64,000 nt of DNA from a virus: the IMG/VR virus record IMGVR_UViG_3300046514_000653, positions 12,303-76,302 of that record; one strand, 5' to 3'. Below the pieces are notes generated by a model, which saw only the letters and a list, made by a program, of their open reading frames with translations, was not told the DNA's origin and did not search any database. Below, piece by piece: positions 18,200 through 27,700 of the stretch. Position numbers and translations under genes: made by a program. The first letter of the stretch is position 1, and the number at the start of each line of letters is the position of its first letter.

Positions 18200-18957
18200 A
18201 GCCAGGGTTAAGCTACAGATTCAAACGATTTCTGTTCATCTACATATTCTGTTGTCTCACACTTGCGTTTGTATTCTGGCTTATTCGACACAGGATAGAG
18301 CAGACAAAAGCAGAGAAAATAGAACACGTCGAGAAACCTATCGCCGCCTCTCAAGGACCCTGTGATCCCGGCGAGACGCTATTCAGTATTGAGGGTGAAC
18401 CTCTTTGCGGGATTTGGAAAACCGATAGTGTTGTTGCAGTACATAGTCCACACGAGCCCGCGACGAATACAAGCCCCGAGTTTAAGATTGTTGACGCCAG
18501 ACCGCCGATCCAGGTAGCGCTCGCGGAAGAGATCGCGCGGGAAGAAGGATGGTATGCCAAAGTCAAATGTATAGAAGATGAACACCGGGTCAATCGATCC
18601 ACTGTATTTTACAAAGACGGGACGTATCCAAATCAAACCTGCATGAATTTGCCGCAGGTGCTACACAACCCTGGATCGTTAGCGTATGCAAAGCAGGATG
18701 GGGCAGTGGTGTTTTGTACCTCATTGCTTACCGGCGCCGATGAATGTGGTGGGTATGCCAGCTTCAGTACGGATGAAGCCGGGTGGGCGGCATTGCATAA
18801 AGACATCGAAGCGAAGTGGGCGCATTGGAAGAAATTCCGCATAGAATTAAACGACTTAGACATTGCTGAGATGATCTCCTTCTCGTGGTCAAGCGGAGGG
18901 TATAGGGGTAAGTATGCAGATGACGTGCTCACCCGGCTGCATAAGAGAGGGTTTTGA
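18196..18957 (+). CDS. membrane-anchored lysozyme-like (NNPG-type) protein
   Basis: N-terminal TM; IAREEG, HNPGSL, YASFSTDEAGWAAL; parallels 56395-56787. Confidence 0.6.
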   Translation: MKPGLSYRFKRFLFIYIFCCLTLAFVFWLIRHRIEQTKAEKIEHVEKPIAASQGPCDPGETLFSIEGEPLCGIWKTDSVVAVHSPHEPATNTSPEFKIVDARPPIQVALAEEIAREEGWYAKVKCIEDEHRVNRSTVFYKDGTYPNQTCMNLPQVLHNPGSLAYAKQDGAVVFCTSLLTGADECGGYASFSTDEAGWAALHKDIEAKWAHWKKFRIELNDLDIAEMISFSWSSGGYRGKYADDVLTRLHKRGF

Positions 18958-18958
18958 A

Positions 18959-19117
18959 ATGACACCTGGACAGTGGAATCTGTTAGTCCGCGTCCTGATC
19001 TTCCTGGTAGCAGACAAGCTACACTTGGTCACCGGTATCAACGAAGGCGCAGGCGTTATAGGTACGACGATCAAAGGGACTGAACTACTGCAAGACTTGA
19101 TAGACGAGGACAGTTGA
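18959..19117 (+). CDS. hypothetical protein
   Basis: MTPGQWNLL..., fills the gap between neighbours. Confidence 0.5.
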   Translation: MTPGQWNLLVRVLIFLVADKLHLVTGINEGAGVIGTTIKGTELLQDLIDEDS

Positions 19118-19347
19118 CCGCCATGACATTAGAGAAAATCATAAAGCTTAAAGAAGGCACGCGCGTTTGCTACTACCGTCCTAAGAGCGTCGAGCATGGT
19201 GACGAAGGGCAAGTGCTCTTCGGTCTGCCTATGGGGCAGCATCCGGCAAGGATGTACATACGCTGGGACGACGGATGTATTATGGACGATCTTACTATTC
19301 CCAATCGAGCTTTCCGTTACATCCGCATTCTCTCGCTTCCTAAGTAA
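19114..19347 (+). CDS. hypothetical SH3-like small protein
   Basis: GTRVCY...G.V...IRWDDG. Confidence 0.5.
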   Translation: MTAMTLEKIIKLKEGTRVCYYRPKSVEHGDEGQVLFGLPMGQHPARMYIRWDDGCIMDDLTIPNRAFRYIRILSLPK

Positions 19348-19356
19348 CCACTCTCC

Positions 19357-20814
19357 ATGGCTCTCTTCGGCGGCATTGAAATCCCCGGTCATCCGGATCT
19401 TGAAAATATCCGCAAACTCGATCTCCTCCCCATCCCCTTCATCCGTCGCGCAAACCGTCTAGGCATCGGATTCGATCCAGAGTACGCGCATTATCTGACC
19501 AGCAAGTTCTCGACTGAGATGGACGGGCTTGCAAAAGACATTGCGTCTTACATTCCTAAGCAGAACCTGGAAGAGTTTGCTGAGTCTGTGTCTGAAGAAG
19601 ATGAGGAGAGCGGAGAGACAGAGTTCAACGCCGGCAGTCCCGAACAGATCGGAGATTTGCTCTTCAATAAACTCGGGATCGGCAGAGACAAGAAGCTCAA
19701 GAAGACGAAGACTGGGAATCGTATATCAGCCGGGAAAAAGAATCTGGAGTTGATCCGCTGGGAACATCCGGTTGTGCCACTTGTCTTTCGGTACACGGAG
19801 CTGAAGACACTTAAGAAGAACTATACCGTCAAGCTTCCTCTCATGGCTGTGCTGCACAAGCGCGGCTCCTGCTGTCCACGGTGCGAGCTTCCACATCAGG
19901 AAGATCATTACCGCATCCATGGGGAGATGGGGACGACTCGCGCGGTCACAGGCCGGATCAATCACAAGAATCCGAATCTGGGTAATGTCAGTGCGCGGAC
20001 GGAGGACGGGCAGGATGTTCAACGGTGTTTTATAGCACAATGTGGATCGAAGCTAGTTATTAGAGATTTGAGTCAGATCGAATTACGCGGGCTTGCGCAT
20101 CTGTCCATGTGTAAGTCGATGATCGACATTTACGATCAAGACGGGGATCTGCACATAGACACATGCTGGCGGACAGGGCTGTGTCCACAGGGACAGAAGC
20201 CGAGTATTGCTCAACGTATGGGGGCCAAGAGATGCAATTTCGGAATCCAGAATGGGACGACGGAGATTGGACTCTTCCTGCAGCTAGTCTCTGACTTCGG
20301 AGCCCAGAAGATCCCAGTTCCAGATTGGCTGACTGAAGAGTGGTGCAAAGAGTTTATCGCCGCCTGGCTGGAGTCGCGGCCGGAAGTCATGGAGTTCTTC
20401 GAGCAGTGCTGGTACAGAGCACGACGCTACGGCCGTAGCTGGGAGCCCTTCGGACGCTACAGGCCGATTCCTGAGATGCGTAGCTGTCATCCATGGATCG
20501 TACACTCGGGAATGCGGTACGCGCAGAACTTCCCGGTGACTGCGCTCGCGGCCGAGCAGTTGAAGATCTCGATGGGGCATACGAATCGGCTGCTAGAGCA
20601 AGCTTGGGATAAAGGGAATGGGATCTGGTGCTGGCCGCTCCTGTCTATTCATGACGCCGAGATGGTCGAAGCTGATGAGAAGTATGCGGACGATGTGAAC
20701 GATCTAGTAGGATACGCCATGGACACGTGCATGCAGGATCAGGAGACTGGTGAACACAGATTCAGAACGCCGATTAAGAGTGATGGGAGTGTATGTACAA
20801 GATGGGAAAAGTAA
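19357..20814 (+). CDS. polA: DNA polymerase family A, polymerase domain only
   Basis: GIGFD, FNAGSPEQIGDLLF, TGRINHKNPNL, motif A DLSQIELRGLAHLS, motif B R..AKRCNFG, motif C IHDA. Confidence 0.9.
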   Translation: MALFGGIEIPGHPDLENIRKLDLLPIPFIRRANRLGIGFDPEYAHYLTSKFSTEMDGLAKDIASYIPKQNLEEFAESVSEEDEESGETEFNAGSPEQIGDLLFNKLGIGRDKKLKKTKTGNRISAGKKNLELIRWEHPVVPLVFRYTELKTLKKNYTVKLPLMAVLHKRGSCCPRCELPHQEDHYRIHGEMGTTRAVTGRINHKNPNLGNVSARTEDGQDVQRCFIAQCGSKLVIRDLSQIELRGLAHLSMCKSMIDIYDQDGDLHIDTCWRTGLCPQGQKPSIAQRMGAKRCNFGIQNGTTEIGLFLQLVSDFGAQKIPVPDWLTEEWCKEFIAAWLESRPEVMEFFEQCWYRARRYGRSWEPFGRYRPIPEMRSCHPWIVHSGMRYAQNFPVTALAAEQLKISMGHTNRLLEQAWDKGNGIWCWPLLSIHDAEMVEADEKYADDVNDLVGYAMDTCMQDQETGEHRFRTPIKSDGSVCTRWEK

Positions 20815-21005
20815 CAGCAAAACAAAGACTCAAAGAATTGAAAGAGTATTTACAACAGGGTGCTGATCTAGAACCTGAAGAGGTTTCGCTTTGGGCAGAC
20901 GTTCTTTCAGAAACTACCCCAAATCGAACCACCCGGTATAAAGCCAGTCGGCATTTAAAACGAATGGCCTACGCTCTCCGTCTGCTCCGCGGAGACTTTG
21001 ACTGA
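20793..21005 (+). CDS. hypothetical protein
   Basis: Overlaps the pol stop. Confidence 0.55.
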   Translation: MYKMGKVTAKQRLKELKEYLQQGADLEPEEVSLWADVLSETTPNRTTRYKASRHLKRMAYALRLLRGDFD

Positions 21006-21085
21006 TGCCTCCTTGCCCTGCCTGCGGCTTCCACGATCATCAGGTCTGCTTAGTCCTAGGCCACACCTATCCGCTCCACCAGTTA

Positions 21086-21114
21086 TTGACAAACAGACCT
21101 GATACACATACACT
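21086..21114 (+). promoter_or_regulatory. sigma70-type promoter, likely leaderless
   Basis: TTGACA (21086-21091), 17 bp, TACACT (21109-21114); ATG 21122. Confidence 0.8.
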
Positions 21115-21121
21115 TGGAAAC

Positions 21122-21682
21122 ATGGCTAGAGCAAAGTTGGTTTCTACTCCCCCTACATCCGGATACGTGCCGAAGAGAAGGTCACTGACAGTCGTCGCGC
21201 GTCCGACACATCCACCGATCCCGAATTTTAAGAAGCCTCCAAAGTCTTCTGCAGCATCCGCGGCCGCGGAATCCGCGACTGCGCCGGTCAAAGAAAAGAA
21301 GCCTCCTGTCGATCGCAACGCTCTTCCTCTTGTCTCCGTCCTGGGGAAAGATGACATGCGCCGGGCGATTGAGATTCTCAAAGAAGACGCTGAGCTGCTG
21401 GAACAGGAGCAGTTGATTGCTGAAGCGCGGAAGGACATCAAAGACGAATTCGTGAAGCTCTGCTTGCGCAATGACATCCCTGAAGGACTCCGCTACGGAT
21501 CGCTCTCGGGGACGTACGTGCAGATGAGTAGCACTAAACTGGACAAAGGCAAGCTCATGCTTGAAGCCGGTGTCACGGCCAAGCAGATCGCGGATTGCTA
21601 CGTTGAAGGAAAGTCCTACTACCGTGTCGACATTATCGACTCCACCCGGCCTAGGAAACAGAAGCCTGCGGAGGATGAGTAA
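21122..21682 (+). CDS. hypothetical protein, basic disordered N-terminus; last gene of + arm
   Basis: Start reassigned to ATG 21122 (MARAKL) from promoter geometry. Confidence 0.7.
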   Translation: MARAKLVSTPPTSGYVPKRRSLTVVARPTHPPIPNFKKPPKSSAASAAAESATAPVKEKKPPVDRNALPLVSVLGKDDMRRAIEILKEDAELLEQEQLIAEARKDIKDEFVKLCLRNDIPEGLRYGSLSGTYVQMSSTKLDKGKLMLEAGVTAKQIADCYVEGKSYYRVDIIDSTRPRKQKPAEDE

Positions 21683-22424
21683 GAGGCAGGTTGAGTTGAC
21701 TGGTCTCGACTGAAGCGACCAGCTTGCTCATCGCGGCAACATAGAGCGGCATGTGGTGACGCGCGAACATACCGAGGAGCATGCGCTCGGGAAGAGCTGG
21801 CGCTTGGTCTACGTAGGTGAGAGGACCGGAGTGCTCGTATAGATTCGGTCCTACTTTCCACGGTACATCAGTGACCTTGTCGTGATCGTGCGCCATCGCC
21901 CCGTTACAGTAATTCCCCTGTGGAATATCAGAGAGCACATCGGCCAATTGCTTAAATCCTGGACGTGGCTGGCCAAAGCACACCATCCGAGCTGGTTTCA
22001 CCCCTTTTAAAACCATGAGCCCCGCTAATAGGGCGGTCCTGGCAGCGCCGAGGGAGTGTCCAGCCACTACATACGGCCCCGGAAGCCGCAACGCGTCCTG
22101 GAGCACGTCATCCAGACCTATTTTGAAGCCAGCGTGGACTGGACCGAGACCTTTGTTCACGAACGGGTTGCAGAAGGCGTCGAGATCGCGCAGCCAATCG
22201 AGTAAGCTTTTCGATCCGCGGAGGGCGATGAGAGTAGCTGGGGCGCCGGAAGGAAGAAGGACAGGACGACTGCCCCAATAAACACCATCGTCTCCGGAGT
22301 CGGCAATTGTTGTCCAGTCGCTCATGCTCGACTTACCGTCGCTTAAGTCATACATGTCCTGCAGACTTTGTGCCACGGCCGCGTCGAACTTCAATTCCTC
22401 AACGGATGCTTGCATACTTCTCAT
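21651..22424 (-). CDS. class 3 lipase / alpha-beta hydrolase
   Basis: IALRGS, DW..D, VHAGF, GHSLG, FGQPRPG, DKVTDVP, C-terminal H; start may be 22415. Confidence 0.9.
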   Translation of the reverse strand: MRSMQASVEELKFDAAVAQSLQDMYDLSDGKSSMSDWTTIADSGDDGVYWGSRPVLLPSGAPATLIALRGSKSLLDWLRDLDAFCNPFVNKGLGPVHAGFKIGLDDVLQDALRLPGPYVVAGHSLGAARTALLAGLMVLKGVKPARMVCFGQPRPGFKQLADVLSDIPQGNYCNGAMAHDHDKVTDVPWKVGPNLYEHSGPLTYVDQAPALPERMLLGMFARHHMPLYVAAMSKLVASVETSQLNLPLTHPPQASVS

Positions 22425-22603
22425 CTCCCCACTTTACTTGGCGGAAGAGTGATGCGTTGTCTCTCCCATTCCCGATGGTAATACGTGTCTTCGGATTTAA
22501 GGCAGATCTTACAAAGAGGACCAGGGGGAGTCTGAGCCTCTTCCACGCGTTGAAACTGATGAGGACTGTGCGCTTTATCCGCCAAGCTGTACTCCCTGCT
22601 CAC
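22421..22603 (-). CDS. small His/Cys protein
   Basis: H...CKIC...H; overlaps the lipase start. Confidence 0.45.
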   Translation of the reverse strand: MSREYSLADKAHSPHQFQRVEEAQTPPGPLCKICLKSEDTYYHREWERQRITLPPSKVGR

Positions 22604-22638
22604 AAGATTACAAACTTACTTCTTCCCTTACTTCTGCT

Positions 22639-23001
22639 CTACTTCTTCCCCTCGTCTACCTTCATTTCAATAATACTCAGCCGCCTGGTTACTTCAATCA
22701 ATTGATCGAGTACCCGGTCGTTCTGAACCTTAGCCACGTCGGCGCGGGCGAAAGAGGCTTGGTCTAATTTCACTTGAGCTAGGGCTAGCTCCAGCGCGTG
22801 TACACGAGAGTCCATCTGCATGTACACCAAAAAGAGACCAAGGATGTAGCCAGCCAGTTTAAGCCAGTTAGAGATAGACATACCTATTGGGGAAGGCGGG
22901 TCGGGAGTGATCTCTACTCTCATCTGCCGCCTGTCTGTCTGTGGCTCGTCTTCATCTGCTAGTGTAGTATCCAACATAGCGAGATCAGCCCCCATTCCCA
23001 T
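22639..23001 (-). CDS. membrane protein with coiled coil (holin/anti-holin-like)
   Basis: One TM (WLKLAGYILGLFLVYM) plus coiled coil, in lysis position. Confidence 0.55.
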   Translation of the reverse strand: MGMGADLAMLDTTLADEDEPQTDRRQMRVEITPDPPSPIGMSISNWLKLAGYILGLFLVYMQMDSRVHALELALAQVKLDQASFARADVAKVQNDRVLDQLIEVTRRLSIIEMKVDEGKK

Positions 23002-23002
23002 T

Positions 23003-23287
23003 TTATTTTTGCGGCTCCGAGTGCGTCTCGACTACTCCGGCGAGAGTGCCGCCCGGACCACGTAAAGTGGAGACAATAGACTGACCTGCCTTATCTCCAC
23101 TTGGCGTAAGGTCGTAAGCCTGCAGTCCAATCACCATTTGGTATGCCTGAAAAATCACGGCCAGGAAGGCGGTGACTGCTGTCAATTGCATTGCATTGAG
23201 GTGGCTGAAGGCCGGGAGAAGGTATTGATCCGCTGCACCTAAAGTGATCAGCCCAAGATGAATTGCCAGTGCAACGCTACGACTCAT
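23003..23287 (-). CDS. putative holin
   Basis: 94 aa with two TM segments. Confidence 0.55.
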   Translation of the reverse strand: MSRSVALAIHLGLITLGAADQYLLPAFSHLNAMQLTAVTAFLAVIFQAYQMVIGLQAYDLTPSGDKAGQSIVSTLRGPGGTLAGVVETHSEPQK

Positions 23288-23340
23288 TTGCAGTTTCTAC
23301 CTCGATATAAGTATAGAACAAACGGAATGGAAATTGATTT

Positions 23341-23388
23341 GAAGAAAAGAACATGCGCTCCCAAGCTTGGTACTTGCCTGGGAGCGCA
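23341..23388 (-). terminator. intrinsic terminator
   Basis: TGCGCTCCCA (23354-23363) pairs with TGGGAGCGCA (23379-23388), followed by GTTCTTTTCTTC on - strand. Confidence 0.7.
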
Positions 23389-23393
23389 CCCCT

Positions 23394-23627
23394 CTAACTC
23401 GCCTTTAAGATGGACGCGGTGACGGGAAGAGGAGCAGTAGAGGAAGGGGCAGTCGGCACGGTAATGCTCTGCAGTCCTTCCAATTTGATCAGCAGACGAT
23501 GCAGAGGATCGGTAAGTTGAATGTACCGGTCCCATAGGATCTGCGCCTGCTCCGGAGTTTGAGATTTGATCAACTCCGCAATCACGCCGGAAAGCGTGGT
23601 GAGAATAGCTAGGATGGTGGCAGTCAT
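23394..23627 (-). CDS. hypothetical protein with hydrophobic N-terminus
   Basis: RBS AGGAGG; precedes terminator. Confidence 0.65.
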   Translation of the reverse strand: MTATILAILTTLSGVIAELIKSQTPEQAQILWDRYIQLTDPLHRLLIKLEGLQSITVPTAPSSTAPLPVTASILKAS

Positions 23628-23631
23628 CTGG

Positions 23632-24243
23632 TTAGACGACGCCTCCTTTAATGGGGAGCAGCCATACGCCAGTGCGCTGATTAGGATTCATGAGTTCATG
23701 TCCCATCAGGTGATACATGTACGCTCCGTTCATGTAGCCTTCATTGAAGTGCGCCTGTGCGCGAGCCGAGAAGACTTCGTAGTTGACACCGTCGACAGGT
23801 TCACTGAAGCACATGTCAACGCCGACAAGCGACGGGTCGAAGGGAGTGGGAGATGGAGGGACCGGAAGGAACGGTGGCCAGTCGTTAATGTTGGACGATA
23901 CACGGACTGCCCCAGCCGGCCAATTTTTGGGGTTAGGGTCCGCGTATGCCGACACATTGCCTGCAGGCTGAAGTGCATTCCACATGGAATGGTATCCCTG
24001 ATTCTCCATCGTGATCATCCAGAGCAGAGGGCAGGCGCCCATGCAATCGACATCGAAGTTGAGAAGTATGCGCCCCTTCTGTGCAATTGCCATCATTTCC
24101 AGGAACATGGTCTCGTAAGGCAAAGACGGGTTGTTGTTGATCCGCTTGTTCCATGAAGCTTGAAGCTCCGGATCAAGGGAGAGGATGTAGGCTTTGGTGA
24201 AAGCCGCGATCTCGGCCGCAGTAGCGTTATAAACAGAAGTCAT
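23632..24243 (-). CDS. hypothetical protein
   Basis: RBS AAGGAG; palindrome site 24 bp upstream. Confidence 0.75.
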   Translation of the reverse strand: MTSVYNATAAEIAAFTKAYILSLDPELQASWNKRINNNPSLPYETMFLEMMAIAQKGRILLNFDVDCMGACPLLWMITMENQGYHSMWNALQPAGNVSAYADPNPKNWPAGAVRVSSNINDWPPFLPVPPSPTPFDPSLVGVDMCFSEPVDGVNYEVFSARAQAHFNEGYMNGAYMYHLMGHELMNPNQRTGVWLLPIKGGVV

Positions 24244-24266
24244 TTTAAGTAGCTCCTTTGTGTGCT

Positions 24267-24277
24267 CTAGTTACTAG
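24267..24277. repeat. palindrome site, exact
   Basis: Intergenic, upstream of the 24243 start. Confidence 0.9.
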
Positions 24278-24283
24278 CTGTCC

Positions 24284-24706
24284 TTAGCTTCCCTGTTGCG
24301 ACTGCGCCTGCTCCGCTTCGGTCAACTTCTCCAGGATGGACGCATCGGCTTCAAATTGAATGTCGCCGATGTTCGACGCTGCGTTTGCGGCCATGTCTCC
24401 ACCCGCGAGGATCGCCGCGATCAGGCCGGGGATGGAGCGGAGATCGTTGGAGGTGGTGAGCATCTGGATGGTTGTAGCTGGGGCTAGACCATCGGGATCG
24501 GCGCTCGGAGGAAGAAGAGCTACTTTTCCATTGGCCGCTTCAATGACAATGCCTTGGAGCGGATCTCCGTCCTCATCGACGTAGGTCGTCGGTCCGCTTC
24601 CGCCTGGACTCGACGCGCCACTGAGTTGCTCTGCCGCTTTCATTGCGACCAGGAGATCGACTCCGGGTCGCAGTTGATTCACGTCTGTGATAAAGAATCG
24701 TTGCAT
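24284..24706 (-). CDS. hypothetical acidic protein
   Basis: RBS AAGGGA before ATG 24706. Confidence 0.65.
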   Translation of the reverse strand: MQRFFITDVNQLRPGVDLLVAMKAAEQLSGASSPGGSGPTTYVDEDGDPLQGIVIEAANGKVALLPPSADPDGLAPATTIQMLTTSNDLRSIPGLIAAILAGGDMAANAASNIGDIQFEADASILEKLTEAEQAQSQQGS

Positions 24707-24794
24707 TTTGCTTTCCCTTTTCAAAATCCGTGTAATACACACGGTGAATTGTTTTACAGCAACTATGGTAGCTCAAATGAAGAGTAACTTGTGT

Positions 24795-27700
24795 TTACTT
24801 CTTACGATTCCCTTTGCTGCCGTGGTTGCCTGTGATTGTAGCGTTGTAGCTGAACACTTCGGCCGGGATGCTGGAAGCGTTGCCCATTCCGTTAGTGAAA
24901 CCCGGCCATTTGTAAGCGCCGAGAGACACGTTGGAGAATTCACCGGCCTTGTTCACAAAGTTCGGATCGCAGTAGTAGCCAGCACGTGTCATAGAGCAGT
25001 CGCCCCAGATGGCGCCGTAGTATTTGAGGACGAAAGTTTTGGCTGCATTGCATTGAGAAACACCAAGTAGGCATTGAGCCTTTAAGTAAGCGGCTAGTCC
25101 GGTGGTTCCTTCCGCAGTGTTCACGCGCGATGTGAATTCACCTGTGCCGTCACCGAGGGTGGTAGTCAGCCCCATGAGCCCGCATCCAGGTTGCCCGGTG
25201 CTAGAGAAGGCGTGGATGGTGTCGAAGAGATGAACCGCGTTGGGGATTCCAGGTTCTTCGCAATCACCGGAGACGCGGTTATAGTACATGCCTAAGGTGC
25301 CGGGATTGTTGAGATCGAGTCCGTAGGTAGCCATCCAATTCCCCAACTGACCGCTCATCGTTTGATAAGCAGTGGAGATGGTGGAATTGGAATGCTTGGA
25401 TGCCCAACGCATGCCGGAGGCTTTGATACCGGTGAGCATAAAGCCCTGGAGTTCAAAGCCAGAAGTTACATAGCTGACCATGTGATTATCAGTAGTGGTA
25501 CCGGCCCTCTGATCCCATGGGCGATTGAGTTTGAGCTGTCCAGAGTTGACGTAGTGGCATGCCCAGAAGGGCTGAAGCATCTTGTTATTCGCGAGCCCGG
25601 CCGCAACCGTCACATCCGGCCAGTCAAGGTTGCTGACTCCGATGGAAGTCATGTAGCCACCACCGAGGCTATTGTCTTCCACCATGAAGTGATAGTCGCC
25701 GGCAGTGAGCCCCGGCCAGAGAGCGGCGAGGGTGACGTTGCCGCCGCTGACAGAGAACTGACGAGTGACGACTAGAGGAGGAGAGACGCTGGTGTCTGTG
25801 ATCGTGATGCGAGCACCGGGGTTGACCGTACCGCTGACTACTGTAGCGGCCGTCAAGCCAGGGGTGACGTGGATCAGACCTGTGCCGTCGTCGATACCAG
25901 CGCACATACCGGGCTTCACGATTCCGGTTGTTGGAGCTACGTTGGTAGAACCGTTAACGAGAGTCAGCGGGACAGACGCAGGATCGAAAATCGAAGCACC
26001 CGCCCACGAGTTTGTATAGACATTAGGAGTGCCGCCAGGGACGAAGCCAGCAGCGTATCCATCTACCGCATTACGACGGCAGGTTTCGTCGCGCGTTTTC
26101 CAAGCCAGCAAACCATTCACCCATGCTGTTTGCCGGGTGGGATCGGTATCTCCCAAAGCAGCCAACGCATTCCAGCCTTGCGGATAGCCCTGGTCGCGCG
26201 GGTCGGCAGTGTTGCAGTTAAGTAGTGCGGTCGCGGCTCCGGATGCTGCGAATGGTTGAATGTCCAACCAAGTAAGTGGGGTGGAGACGTTGAAGATCTT
26301 GTCGATGATACTGCCGACAACGCCACCACCGTAATCCAGCACAAGCCCACCCAGAGCCCCGGAGATCTCCGGATCTCGAATGTAGTTGTCATCGATCTTG
26401 TTGGCGCTAATGACAGCCGGTTTATATCCGCTACGATGTTCGAACCGCCGCTCCTGCAAACCTTCTGCATAGAAGTCCGGACCGAATGGACTCCCAGCAC
26501 TGATCAGATCTTTATAGCTGAATTGTCCAACCAACGGCATCAAGTTCAAAGCAGTGATGTCATGAGTCGCGGCACCAAAAGCCGTCGTCTCGGAAGCGCA
26601 ACCGGAGAGTTGAGTGAGAGCCCGATAGATGTTGCTGTTGGACGGAGAGGTGTAATCCAGCGAGGCGTACCGCAGGCTGGTGAATACATAGTTGAAATTG
26701 CCGGAGTCGAAGTTGGTAGGTAGCGGCCGGCTGATAGTGATGGATAGATTGTCGGCGGCGACTGCGGTTACAAATGCCCAAAATGAGAATGGCATGCCGG
26801 TGTCGTGGGTAGCGAAGACCCGGATGTAGACCTGCGCTTGCATGTTATGCATGCAATCAGTGTTGAGAATGCCTAAAGAAGACGGACCCACCCCGCACGA
26901 AGGAAATACGTTCTGTGTCCATGAAGCGGAATGCGCGGTCAATGTTGTGGACCCGGCCGTGCCGCTCACTGTGCCTGTGAAATAGAAAGCCTCACCTGGA
27001 GGGCCAGGAGCGCCGTTGGGGCAGAGAGCACGTACAGGGTCTGAGACAAAGAGAGTGCCGCTGCCTTGAATCAACATCTCGCCAACGGTAGTGGTAGATG
27101 GCCACATAGAAGCGGGAGCTATAGGCTGAGCGTTGAGGTAGAATGCTCCGGCCATGCCGCGCCCGTCGTAGCAGGTAGTGAGATCAGCATCACCAGTTGT
27201 GGCTGTGGTGGAAGCGATACAAACTTGCTCCTGTAATCCAACTCCACCTCCGGTAGAGCCATCATTACCGAGTGAATTCCCGATCAAGATCCAGGTGGGA
27301 GTGCCGGGAAGAGAGAGAAGGCCGTGGAGACATTCAGCGTGATGGATATGGATCGTCGTGTCGGTCGACATGATGTCGGCGGAAAGAGTCGCTTTGGTCC
27401 CGCCTGATACACCCGATCCATAACATCCTTGACCTGGAGCTGGTCCGATGCCAGCGATTGTATAAGTCACCGTACCGGTAGCAGGAGTCAGCCAAGTTGT
27501 CGTAGCAAAGTATGGATTGCCTGAAGGCTGGAGCTGATTGAAATTGCAATCCTGGCCGTTGAGCTGCAGCATGACCGCGGTACAGTGCCGCTCGTCCGCA
27601 TACCCGTATGGGTTTTGACCGAAGACGATTTGCGGCGCGTAAACTTGTTCTTCCAAATCAGACTGCACTAAAACACCATCGTTGTTGTAGTCAACGGCGC

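Noticed and set aside
12973-19356. Intron or intein interrupting the polymerase
   Set aside because: The interval holds many ordinary genes and a promoter. No homing endonuclease, splice-like boundaries or intein termini were seen.
21005-21121. N-terminal extension of ORF 21005-21682
   Set aside because: It contains a consensus promoter pointing to ATG 21122. A read-through longer form cannot be fully excluded.
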